Shown: piece by piece, positions 8,149-16,354 of the stretch | How the letters are laid out: the number at the start of each line of letters is the position of its first letter | Position numbering within the stretch: the first letter of the stretch is position 1 | DNA from: Desulfitibacter alkalitolerans DSM 16504 | GTDB taxonomy: Bacteria; Bacillota; DSM-16504; Desulfitibacterales; Desulfitibacteraceae | Length of the DNA: 24,000 nucleotides | Assembly: GCF_000620305.1 (NCBI RefSeq) | Contig: NZ_KK211100.1 | Span: forward strand, 1,049,275-1,073,274 | Direction: 5' to 3' | Notes under the pieces: generated by a model | What the model saw: the letters and a program-made list of their open reading frames with translations, nothing else | Told to the model about the DNA's origin: nothing | The model's database searches: none | Made by a program: the position numbers and the translations under genes

Positions 8149-8385
8149 TCATGTGATTTGATTTACCCTTACTTCTTCAATTGCACCAGGCCAGCAAACT
8201 GCTAGACATGCTCCACATCCTGTGCAGTTATTGTTGATTATAAAAGGGTCGCCAAACTCCTGCTTTCCTGAAATATCTTTTATTTGGCTGTGGCTATAAC
8301 CTGTATCAATGGCATTATGCCCGCAAACAACAGCACAGCTGCCGCAGGCAATACAATTATTGTTGATTTCATACCTCAAGGTCAA
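8149..8385 (-). CDS. 2x[4Fe-4S] ferredoxin
   Basis: 78 aa with two clostridial cluster motifs, CIACGSCAVVC and CTGCGACLAVC. The start is TTG at 8385 or, better spaced from GGGTGA, TTG at 8379. Confidence 0.85.
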   Translation of the reverse strand: MTLRYEINNNCIACGSCAVVCGHNAIDTGYSHSQIKDISGKQEFGDPFIINNNCTGCGACLAVCWPGAIEEVRVNQIT

Positions 8386-8465
8386 TCACCCTTTTATGTG
8401 CTTTTGACCTTATTATCTGTAAGGCAGGATATATTTATCCCATGCTTACATAAGAATTACTAATA

Positions 8466-10154
8466 TCAAAATCTTCCCGACCGGATAATTGAGACTATTA
8501 ACCAGGTAAATAAAATAAAAGAGGAAACAAAAGCTATTTCTAAAACGGGAATCTGCCAGAAAAAATCACTACCGCCCCTGCCAATGGAGGAAGCTATGAT
8601 AAGACCTGCCATGACAAGACTAAAGGATAATAGTACTATACTAAAGGATAATTTATTTGCTATTTTATCTAGATATGCAAAGATTACATTGAGGTTTTGG
8701 ATTTGCAGCTTAAAAGACATATCGTCCCCCAGGGCCTTATCCAGTAAGCGATCAGCCTTTTGGGGCATGCCAGACACAAGTTCAAAATATTCCTGGAAGC
8801 TATTGGATAGCTCTCTGGTGAGGTTTCTGGGATCATACTTGTGTGCTATTAGCTTTGCTGCAAAGGGTTCAGCAATCTCAATGATACTGATTGTTGGCTC
8901 CAGGTCTTTAAGAACCCCTTCTAAGACAATAAGCGTTTTTGCCATTAAGGTCATTTCTGTAGGAATTTTTACCCTGTGGGCAAAGGCCAGTTCTAAAACC
9001 TCTCCAATTACCTCTCCAATGTTAATTTTGCTGAGAGGCACAGTATAGTACAGGCTTATCAGCATGTCCATGTCCCTTTTCAGCTTATCTATATCTGTGG
9101 TTTTACTGACAACGCCCATTTCCAGAATGGCCTTTACTATTTTATTGCTGTCTTTTCTCACCAGGGCTAACACAAGCTTGATAACCTGCTTCTTTCTTTC
9201 CTCAGAGAGGTAGCCCATTAAACCAAAATCCATAAAACAAATCTTATTACCCTTCTGGACAAAAATATTTCCTGGGTGAGGATCTGCATGGAAAAATCCA
9301 TCAAGTAATACCTGCTTCAAGACAGCCCTTGAGAGCTTCTCAGCTATAATTCTTTTGTCATAACCTTTGTTGTCAAGCTCCTGGAGATTACTCAGCTTGG
9401 TGCCCTCTACATATTCTAGTGTCAGCACCTGAGTGCTGCTGTAATCCCAGTATACCTTTGGCACCTTTATGTCTTCATCCTGGGCAAAGTTATTCCATAA
9501 TCGTTCGGCATTACGACCCTCAACTGAATAATCTAGCTCCCGTTTAAGCCCCCAGGCAAATTCCTCTACAATTTCAACAAGATGATAGTGTCTGCTAAGG
9601 GCAGAGCGACTCTCAGCAAGCCTGGCAAGATCAAACAATATTTCCAAATCAACCTGAACAACAGCCTCTACCTCAGGCCGCCTGACCTTGACCACGCATT
9701 CCTTGCCATCCTTCAAGCACGCCCTATGAACTTGTCCAATTGAAGCTCCTGCTATTGGTTCCTCATGGAAGCATTCAAAAATCTCTTCAAGAGGTGCTCC
9801 AAGCTCCCCTTCCACTTGTTCCCTGACCCTTTCAAAGGATATGGGAGGTATTCTGTCCTGGAGTTTTTGCAGTTCTATGATAATATCCTTTGGCAGGAGA
9901 TCAGATCTTGTGCTTAATATTTGCCCAAATTTGATGAAGGTTGTTCCTAATTCCGTAAGGGCCTGCCTCAACCTCTCTCCCCTGGTTTTTTCTGCATCCT
10001 TGTGTTCATCAGAATCCTGCTTGAGTCGTTGATGGTATGGCAAAATATCTGTTAGATTGAGCCTATCCAACAGATATCCAAATCCATGCCTGGCTAGAAT
10101 ATTAGCCACCTGTCTGTATCTTTTTAAATGCTTGTACCTTCTTCTGATCAACAT
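8466..10154 (-). CDS. ABC1/UbiB-family atypical protein kinase with C-terminal TM anchors
   Basis: 562 aa. Family motifs FGQILSTR, AGASIGQVHRA, VVKVRRP, FFHADPHPGN and MDFG. Two C-terminal hydrophobic segments. Confidence 0.9.
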   Translation of the reverse strand: MLIRRRYKHLKRYRQVANILARHGFGYLLDRLNLTDILPYHQRLKQDSDEHKDAEKTRGERLRQALTELGTTFIKFGQILSTRSDLLPKDIIIELQKLQDRIPPISFERVREQVEGELGAPLEEIFECFHEEPIAGASIGQVHRACLKDGKECVVKVRRPEVEAVVQVDLEILFDLARLAESRSALSRHYHLVEIVEEFAWGLKRELDYSVEGRNAERLWNNFAQDEDIKVPKVYWDYSSTQVLTLEYVEGTKLSNLQELDNKGYDKRIIAEKLSRAVLKQVLLDGFFHADPHPGNIFVQKGNKICFMDFGLMGYLSEERKKQVIKLVLALVRKDSNKIVKAILEMGVVSKTTDIDKLKRDMDMLISLYYTVPLSKINIGEVIGEVLELAFAHRVKIPTEMTLMAKTLIVLEGVLKDLEPTISIIEIAEPFAAKLIAHKYDPRNLTRELSNSFQEYFELVSGMPQKADRLLDKALGDDMSFKLQIQNLNVIFAYLDKIANKLSFSIVLLSFSLVMAGLIIASSIGRGGSDFFWQIPVLEIAFVSSFILFTWLIVSIIRSGRF

Positions 10155-10187
10155 TTAATAATATATCCTCTCTTTGCTCTAGACATC

Positions 10188-10892
10188 TTATGGTCGGGCT
10201 GTGCGAGAGCCAATAGTCCCGTAAAAGGTAATAATATTTTCCCCTGTTTCCAGGCTGTGGAGCTCAGTATCATAGGGCAGGGTTCCTATTGTTATTTCAA
10301 GGTTCGTTCCAGCTTTAAATCTATCCCTAAACAAGTCACCCAGGGAATGCTTATCTATCCTAAAATCCTCAGGCAAAAAAGCAAGGCTGCCATTTTTAAG
10401 GGTAAACCTTCCTAGGAGGGCAAGGTCTACTTTACTGCCCAACACAGTTACCTGGCTTTTAACAGTTGAGATGTCTTCACTTAATTCTATTGTTACATTA
10501 CCAAGCCCACTTATGGGGTTATCCTTAAGATAGTCATTCAGTCCCTGTTCTGTTATTTTAAATTTAACAGTACCAGCCCTCTGCATTTCATAATTAATAT
10601 CCCTTTGCAGTGCACTTACTACATCAATTCTTACTTCCTTTAACTCTATATAAAGGTCATTTACAGGAACCATGCCAAAAACTGCCGACCCCACAAAGAT
10701 TTCTGCCCTGTCTATTCTGCCTGTTAATATTTTTATGGCTGGAAATGCATATATTTTCACCTGGACATCCTGCATTTCCCACTGCTCTTGAAGAGCCTTT
10801 TCCATGGCTGCTGCTAATTTGCCTGGCAAAATCATCTGGGCAAGTGCCATGAGCAGTCCTAAAATAAGGATGATAGAAAACAACCTCTTCAT
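10188..10892 (-). CDS. DUF2993/LmeA-like membrane-anchored protein
   Basis: N-terminal TM segment MKRLFSIILILGLLMALAQ. This is followed by a repeated pattern typical of DUF2993 (VQVKIYAFPAIKILTGRIDRAEIFVGSAVFGMVPVNDLYIELKEVRID). The track start is 10907, but GGGGGAG lies 6 nt before the ATG at 10892. The family call is from memory of the motif pattern. Confidence 0.6.
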   Translation of the reverse strand: MKRLFSIILILGLLMALAQMILPGKLAAAMEKALQEQWEMQDVQVKIYAFPAIKILTGRIDRAEIFVGSAVFGMVPVNDLYIELKEVRIDVVSALQRDINYEMQRAGTVKFKITEQGLNDYLKDNPISGLGNVTIELSEDISTVKSQVTVLGSKVDLALLGRFTLKNGSLAFLPEDFRIDKHSLGDLFRDRFKAGTNLEITIGTLPYDTELHSLETGENIITFYGTIGSRTARP

Positions 10893-10928
10893 TAACGACT
10901 CCCCCATTCGTTACTTTAGGTTAGCAGT

Positions 10929-12033
10929 CTATTTTTGGCTCCCCAGACCATGAAGGTAGGCAGATATGAAAATATCTAAATCTCCATTCATAACCTTTTC
11001 TACATTGCCAACCTCAACATCGGTTCTATGATCCTTTATCATACTATAGGGGTGGAACACATATGACCGGATTTGACTGCCCCAGCCTATATCCTGCTGT
11101 TCTCCTCTTATTTTTACCAGTTCCTCTTCCTTTTGCCTTTGCTTTAATTCAAACAGCTTTGCAGTTAGAATCTTCATAGCCGCCAGCCTGTTTGCATGTT
11201 GGGACCTTTCATTTTGACACTGCACAACAATGCCGGTAGGCAGATGGGTTATCCTAACTGCCGAATCTGTTTTATTTACATGTTGTCCGCCGGCGCCCCC
11301 TGCTCGATAGGTGTCAACCTTTAATTCAACAGGATCTATCTTTAGTTCCTCCTCATCTGAAACCTCAGGAATCACATCCACCGAAGCAAAGGAAGTATGC
11401 CTTCTGCCGGAAGCATCAAAGGGAGATATTCTTACCAGGCGGTGAACCCCTTTTTCAGATTTGAGATAACCATAAGCATTATCCCCAGCCACACTAAATG
11501 TGACACTTTTTATACCTGCTTCATCGCCAGGAAGAAAATCCAGCACCTCAATAACAAAGCCCTTTTTCTCTGCCCAACGCATATACATTCTATAGAGCAT
11601 CTCAGCCCAATCCTGGGATTCAGTACCCCCAGCTCCTGGGTGAAGTGATATAATTGCATTATTCTTATCGTAAGGCTCACTTAATAAAACCTCTATTTGC
11701 AGCTTTTCTACCTCATCTTCAATGCTAACAAGCTTAGCTTCTATTTCTTTTAAGAGATCGGTATCATTCTCCTCTTCACTAAGCTGGCACATTATCTCCA
11801 CTTCTTCAAGGTATGTCTCCATCTCCTGAATCTGGTGTATCTTAGCTTTAAGTCCATTTAACTGCTTCATGATTTCCTGGGCTTTTTGCTGATCATCCCA
11901 AAAGCCCGGCTGGTTAATCATTGCTTCAAGCTTTTGGACAGATATTCTTTTACTTTCCAGGTCAAAGAGAAGCCCTCAATTCATCAAAATCCTTTACCAC
12001 CTTATTCATTCTCCATCTTATCTCTGCTAGCAT
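10929..12033 (-). CDS. prfB: Peptide chain release factor 2, translated via a programmed +1 frameshift
   Basis: The downstream frame carries SPF (RISPFD) and GGQ ([12 protein letters not shown]). Frame 0 starts at ATG 12033 (SD GGGGG 7 nt upstream) and reads [23 protein letters not shown], then an in-frame TGA at 11964-11962. A +1 shift at CTT TGA C continues as [24 protein letters not shown], in frame with track ORF 10929..11921. Confidence 0.93.
11961..11977 (-). other. RF2 autoregulatory +1 frameshift cassette
   Basis: The minus strand reads GAGGG-CTTCT-CTT-TGA-C. That is an internal SD-like GAGGG, a 5-nt spacer, the slippery CTT, and a weak UGA-C stop. Confidence 0.85.
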
Positions 12034-12057
12034 AAATTAACCCCCTGTTTTGAAGTT

Positions 12058-12115
12058 TTCCAACTTTCCAACTTTATATTTTCCGACTTCCGACTTCCGA
12101 CTTCCGACTCCCGCC
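12058..12115 (-). repeat. Heptamer tandem array in the secA-prfB spacer
   Basis: Plus strand: TTCCAAC, T, TTCCAAC (12058-12072), then TTCCGAC x4 perfect (12081-12108), then the degenerate TCCCGCC (12109-12115). mRNA sense: GGCGGGA (GUCGGAA)x4 AAUAUAAA GUUGGAA A GUUGGAA, ending 12 nt before the prfB SD. Confidence 0.9.
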
Positions 12116-12116
12116 T

Positions 12117-14603
12117 TTACTGTCCGCAGCACTTTTTGTACTTTTTGCCGCTGCCGCATGGGCATGGATCATTTCTGCTAATCTTTTTTTCAACTCTTAC
12201 AGGCTTTTGAACTGTATCCTCAGCGTATTTATTCTCTGAAACCTGCCTGGGCTGTTCAGATTGCTTGACCACGTTTATTCTGTAAATGTAGCGCACCACA
12301 TCATCTTCAATACTATCAACCATTTGTGTGAACATGAAGTGCCCTTCTTTTCTATAGGCCACAAGGGGATCCTGCTGGCCATAGGCCCTCAAGCCTATTC
12401 CCTGCCTCAGCTGGTCCATTGAATCCAGGTGATCCATCCATTTCTGATCCACCACCTTTAACAGCACATACTTCTCAATATCCTTAAACAATTCCGGGCC
12501 AATTTCTTCTTCTCTCTTTTTATAGTTTTCAAGGGCCAGCTCTTGGAACATCTCTCTTAATTCATCCTTTTCCAGCCTGGCAAGTTCTTCAGCAGTCAGC
12601 TTGTTGTTTACAAGGAACAGCTGCTCAGAGTAGTCAATTAGGCTCTTTAGATCCCATTCCTCAGGATAGGGACTGCCGGCAGCGTACATGTCTATTGTTT
12701 TATCCACTACACTTTCAATCATGCCAAGGATTGTCTCGTGAACCTTTTCCCCCTTAAGAGCCTTTAATCTTTCAGAGTAGATGACTTCTCTCTGGTGATT
12801 TAACACATCATCATATTCCAGCACGTGTTTACGAATATCAAAGTTTCTGCTCTCCACCTTTTTCTGGGCATTCTCTATGGATTTTGAAATTAGTGGGTGA
12901 TCAATGGGTGTGCTGTCATCCATGCCTAATTTATCCATGATGCCGCCCAGGCTGTCAGAACCAAAGAGTCTCATTAAATCATCTTCCATGGATACATAGA
13001 ACCTGCTTGAACCTGGGTCTCCCTGACGACCAGCTCTACCTCTGAGCTGGTTGTCAATTCTGCGGCTCTCGTGTCTTTCCGTACCTATAATATGAAGACC
13101 TCCAAGGTCCTTTACACCATCACCCAGTACAATGTCAGTACCCCTGCCGGCCATATTGGTAGCTATGGTAACAGCCTTTTTCTGCCCTGCATTGGCTATT
13201 ATTTCTGCCTCTCTCTCATGATGCTTGGCATTTAAAACCTCATGGGCAACTCCTTTTCTAGAAAGCATTTGGGATATTAGCTCTGATTTTTCAATGGATA
13301 TGGTACCCACCAGGACAGGCTGTCCCTTGGCATTTCTCTCAACAATTTCCTCAACAACAGCTTCAAACTTACCCATTTCGGTTCTGTAAATCTTGTCAGA
13401 ATTATCTTCACGAATCATGGGTTTGTTAGTTGGAATTTCAACCACGCTCAACTTGTATATCTTTACAAATTCCGGCTCTTCAGTTGCCGCAGTACCTGTC
13501 ATGCCTGCAAGCTTGTTGTACATCCTGAAATAGTTCTGGAAGGTAATAGATGCCAGGGTCTGGGATTCGTTTTCTATTTTAACCCCTTCCTTTGCCTCAA
13601 TTGCCTGATGCAGTCCTTCACTATACCTTCTTCCAAACATAAGGCGGCCTGTAAATTCATCTACAATAACAACCTGACCTTCCTTGACAACATAATCCCT
13701 GTCTCTTTTCATGAGGGCATGGGCTCTCAGGCCCTGGTTTACATGGTGACTAACCTCCATATTATCAGCAAGGTTTTCTATCCCCAGCATTTGCTCTACA
13801 CGCTCCGTACCCTCCTCAGTAAGGGTTACAACCCTGGCCTTTTCATCTACTATATAATCCTCGGTCTTCTTAAGCCTCGGAATAAGCCTTGCAATTGTAT
13901 AGTAAAGCTGGGTTGGCTTATCAGCCTGCCCTGATATAATAAGGGGGGTTCTGGCCTCATCAATTAGAATACTATCAACCTCGTCAACAATTGCGTAATT
14001 AAGTTCTCTCTGCACAAGGTGGTCTATACTAATGGCCATGTTATCTCTAAGGTAGTCAAAACCAAATTCATTATTAGTACCATAGGTTATATCAGAGTTA
14101 TATGCAGCTCTTCGCTGTTGAGCATCTAACCCATGTACTATTAATCCAACACTTAACCCAAGGAATTTATATACCTCACCCATCCACTCACTATCACGCC
14201 TGGCCAGGTAATCATTGACTGTAACAACATGGACACCTTTATCAGTAAGGGCATTAAGGTATGCCGGCAGGGTAGCTACTAGTGTTTTACCTTCACCGGT
14301 TTTCATTTCAGAGATTTTACCCTGGTGCAGCACAATGCCGCCCATTAGCTGAACATCAAAATGTCTCATTTTCAAGACGCGCCAGGAGGCTTCTCTGACT
14401 ACTGCAAAGGCTTCAGGAAGTATGGTATCCAGGCCTTCACCATTATCAATTCTGGACTTAAATTCTTCCGTCTTGCTTCTAAGCTCAGAGTCACCAAGCT
14501 TTTTAATGTCTGTTTCTAAATGGTTAATTATGTCTACAGTTTTCTGCATTTTCTTTATTTGCTTACTATTATCATCCAAAAGATTTTTTATGAAACCCAA
14601 CAT
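12117..14603 (-). CDS. secA: Preprotein translocase ATPase SecA
   Basis: Walker [13 protein letters not shown]-like [18 protein letters not shown], and C-terminal zinc motif [14 protein letters not shown]. The track starts at GTG 14615 with no room for an SD. ATG 14603 gives MLGFIKNLL, with GAGGGG upstream. Confidence 0.97.
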   Translation of the reverse strand: MLGFIKNLLDDNSKQIKKMQKTVDIINHLETDIKKLGDSELRSKTEEFKSRIDNGEGLDTILPEAFAVVREASWRVLKMRHFDVQLMGGIVLHQGKISEMKTGEGKTLVATLPAYLNALTDKGVHVVTVNDYLARRDSEWMGEVYKFLGLSVGLIVHGLDAQQRRAAYNSDITYGTNNEFGFDYLRDNMAISIDHLVQRELNYAIVDEVDSILIDEARTPLIISGQADKPTQLYYTIARLIPRLKKTEDYIVDEKARVVTLTEEGTERVEQMLGIENLADNMEVSHHVNQGLRAHALMKRDRDYVVKEGQVVIVDEFTGRLMFGRRYSEGLHQAIEAKEGVKIENESQTLASITFQNYFRMYNKLAGMTGTAATEEPEFVKIYKLSVVEIPTNKPMIREDNSDKIYRTEMGKFEAVVEEIVERNAKGQPVLVGTISIEKSELISQMLSRKGVAHEVLNAKHHEREAEIIANAGQKKAVTIATNMAGRGTDIVLGDGVKDLGGLHIIGTERHESRRIDNQLRGRAGRQGDPGSSRFYVSMEDDLMRLFGSDSLGGIMDKLGMDDSTPIDHPLISKSIENAQKKVESRNFDIRKHVLEYDDVLNHQREVIYSERLKALKGEKVHETILGMIESVVDKTIDMYAAGSPYPEEWDLKSLIDYSEQLFLVNNKLTAEELARLEKDELREMFQELALENYKKREEEIGPELFKDIEKYVLLKVVDQKWMDHLDSMDQLRQGIGLRAYGQQDPLVAYRKEGHFMFTQMVDSIEDDVVRYIYRINVVKQSEQPRQVSENKYAEDTVQKPVRVEKKISRNDPCPCGSGKKYKKCCGQ

Positions 14604-14697
14604 ATATATATGCACCCCTCAAAGGTTTACTGTATTCTAATAGTTTATCATTCAATTCCATTTATTTCAACTTATGTTCAAGGCAATGGTGCCAATA

Positions 14698-14723
14698 ATT
14701 AGAAAGAGAGGGTTTCCCCTCTC
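14698..14723 (-). terminator. Rho-independent terminator of hpf
   Basis: Minus strand: GAGAGGG-GAAA-CCCTCTC (7-bp GC-rich stem with a GAAA tetraloop, 14706-14723), followed by TTTCTAATTATT. It starts 8 nt past the hpf stop. Confidence 0.7.
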
Positions 14724-14730
14724 CGAAGCT

Positions 14731-15255
14731 TTAAAATTCAGGTTCTATCAAACCATAGTTTCCGTCTTTTCTTTTGTAGACCACATTTACTTCCTCTGTA
14801 TCAGCATTTGAAAAAACGAAAAAACTGTGTCCTATCAAATTCATCTGCATAATCGCTTCTTCAACTGGCATGGGCTTTAGAGCAAATCTTTTAGTTCTAA
14901 CCAGCTGGGGTTCTTCTTCTTCAGCTATCTCACTTAATGGCGGCATTTCTCTAATACTGGCATCTCTTATCTTTCGAGAAACACGGGTTTTGTATTTTTC
15001 TACTTGTTTTTCTAACTTGTCAATAACCATATCGATGGATGCGTACATATCTCCAGTTTCTTCTTCACCCCTTAGGAGATATCCATTGAGCGGCATGGTA
15101 ACCTCAACCTTATGTCTATCTTTTTCTACTGTAAGTGTTACTTGGGCTTCCTGATCGGTGTCAAAAAATCGCCCCAACTTTCCAATTCTTCTATCAACGT
15201 GATCCTTTAAAGCTGGAGTAACCTGAACATTTTTGCCCCTGACATTAATATTCAT
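14731..15255 (-). CDS. hpf: Ribosome hibernation-promoting factor, long form
   Basis: MNINVRGKNVQVTPALKDHVDRRIGKL is the classic HPF/YvyD N-terminus. The C-terminal dimerisation domain is present (VRTKRFALKPMPVEEAIMQMNLIGHSFFVF). AAAGGAG lies 8 nt before the ATG at 15255, so the track start at 15345 is read-through. Confidence 0.93.
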   Translation of the reverse strand: MNINVRGKNVQVTPALKDHVDRRIGKLGRFFDTDQEAQVTLTVEKDRHKVEVTMPLNGYLLRGEEETGDMYASIDMVIDKLEKQVEKYKTRVSRKIRDASIREMPPLSEIAEEEEPQLVRTKRFALKPMPVEEAIMQMNLIGHSFFVFSNADTEEVNVVYKRKDGNYGLIEPEF

Positions 15256-15527
15256 AACATCCGCTCCTTTCATTTCTTTTTTTATATATTCAATTCTCAG
15301 GTAAAAAAATCCTTCTTTTAAACTATTTTTCCATACTTTCTTCAATAATATGCCTTTATCTGGCAGTAATTGTCGATAAAGAAGACTTGGTTCAGAGGCT
15401 TTTGATTTCTATGTATAAATATACATTAGCGCTCATGAATATATTTCTACAATTTCCTTAAATCCTTGCAATCATTAGCAATCCATGTCGAACTTTATTG
15501 TTAATGGACGAATATGGTTAATTAACC

Positions 15528-15545
15528 TGTGGATAATGTGGATAA
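15528..15545 (-). promoter_or_regulatory. Two abutting consensus DnaA boxes
   Basis: Plus strand TGTGGATAA TGTGGATAA, which is TTATCCACA x2 on the minus strand, head-to-tail with zero spacing. A one-mismatch box TTATCGACA lies at 15371-15379 and a two-mismatch box TTATTAACA at 15549-15557, both in the same orientation. Confidence 0.6.
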
Positions 15546-15631
15546 AGTTGTTAATAACCTATACTCCAATGGTTCTGGCTGGGGAAAAAGAAAAAATGTC
15601 CTTTGCACAGGTCTGAAAGTATGCATATTTA

Positions 15632-16354
15632 TTACATAATGTCACAACCTGTTGCAAATGTTAGCACATAAACCTCTTTTATGCCTCCTTTCAGTAATTC
15701 ACGACAACATAATGATACAGTGCTGCCGGTAGTATAAACATCATCTACAAGGATTACCCTCTGGAGGTTTACCTGTTTTTTGGCTCTAAAGACATGGGCA
15801 AGGTTTTTAAGCCGCTCCTCTTTTGTCAGCTTAGCCATTGGCTCGGTATCAATAGTCTTTTTCAAAAGATCTCCAACAGGAAGCCTAATATAACGACTTA
15901 ATTCGTGAGCTAACAGCTGTGATTGATTATATCCCCTTTCTCTTAATCGCTCGGTGCTTAAAGGGACAAAGGTAATCAAGCTGCACTGCATAAACTCCTT
16001 ATACTTTAAAGCCTCCAGGGCCATAAGTCTCCCCATTGGTCCAGCCAGGCTTTGTAACCCCTGATATTTAAACCTTTGAAGTGTCTCCTTTATTATCCCT
16101 TCATAAGCACCAACAGCTTTTGCCATTATAAAAGGCGGCCTTGATTTCCCACAGTCATTACATATTATTTGGCCCTTAATGAACTTGCCGCATATTTTAC
16201 AGGTAATATAATTATTATTCCATGAGCTTATCCCATATAAGCATTTATTGCAAAAAATATTTTCATATAAGGTAAGGGAATTATTACAAAAGCAGCACTT
16301 ATTTTCTTTTGTATAGATAATATGTTTTAAACTCTTTGTTAGCTCATTTAACAT
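15632..16354 (-). CDS. comFC: ComF-family protein (ComFC; zinc-finger plus phosphoribosyltransferase fold)
   Basis: 240 aa. N-terminal Cys clusters (CCFCNN...CNKC, CKICGK...CNDCG). C-terminal PRTase loop VILVDDVYTTGST. Overlaps comFA by 11 nt. Confidence 0.85.
   Translation of the reverse strand: MLNELTKSLKHIIYTKENKCCFCNNSLTLYENIFCNKCLYGISSWNNNYITCKICGKFIKGQIICNDCGKSRPPFIMAKAVGAYEGIIKETLQRFKYQGLQSLAGPMGRLMALEALKYKEFMQCSLITFVPLSTERLRERGYNQSQLLAHELSRYIRLPVGDLLKKTIDTEPMAKLTKEERLKNLAHVFRAKKQVNLQRVILVDDVYTTGSTVSLCCRELLKGGIKEVYVLTFATGCDIM

Noticed and set aside
8584-9048. 154-aa plus-strand ORF antisense to the UbiB kinase gene
   Set aside because: It is fully nested antisense in a CDS with strong family motifs. 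It has low-complexity, S/L/I-rich composition typical of shadow ORFs, and no SD. The same reasoning applies to 9841..10032, 10128..10415 and 10610..10852.
15256-15345. A 30-codon N-terminal extension of hpf in the ORF track, and a possible sigma-H-type promoter (AGGATTT ... GAATTG) within it
   Set aside because: A strong AAAGGAG SD precedes the internal ATG at 15255, which yields the canonical HPF N-terminus. For the promoter idea, the AGGA-to-GAAT distance is 13 nt, shorter than I recall for sigma-H promoters, so I make no call.
15528-15545. The tandem DnaA boxes as a chromosomal replication origin
   Set aside because: Only two perfect boxes are present. There is no dnaA/dnaN, no adjacent AT-rich 13-mer-like unwinding element, and the flanks are comFC and hpf. 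It is better explained as a regulatory or titration site.
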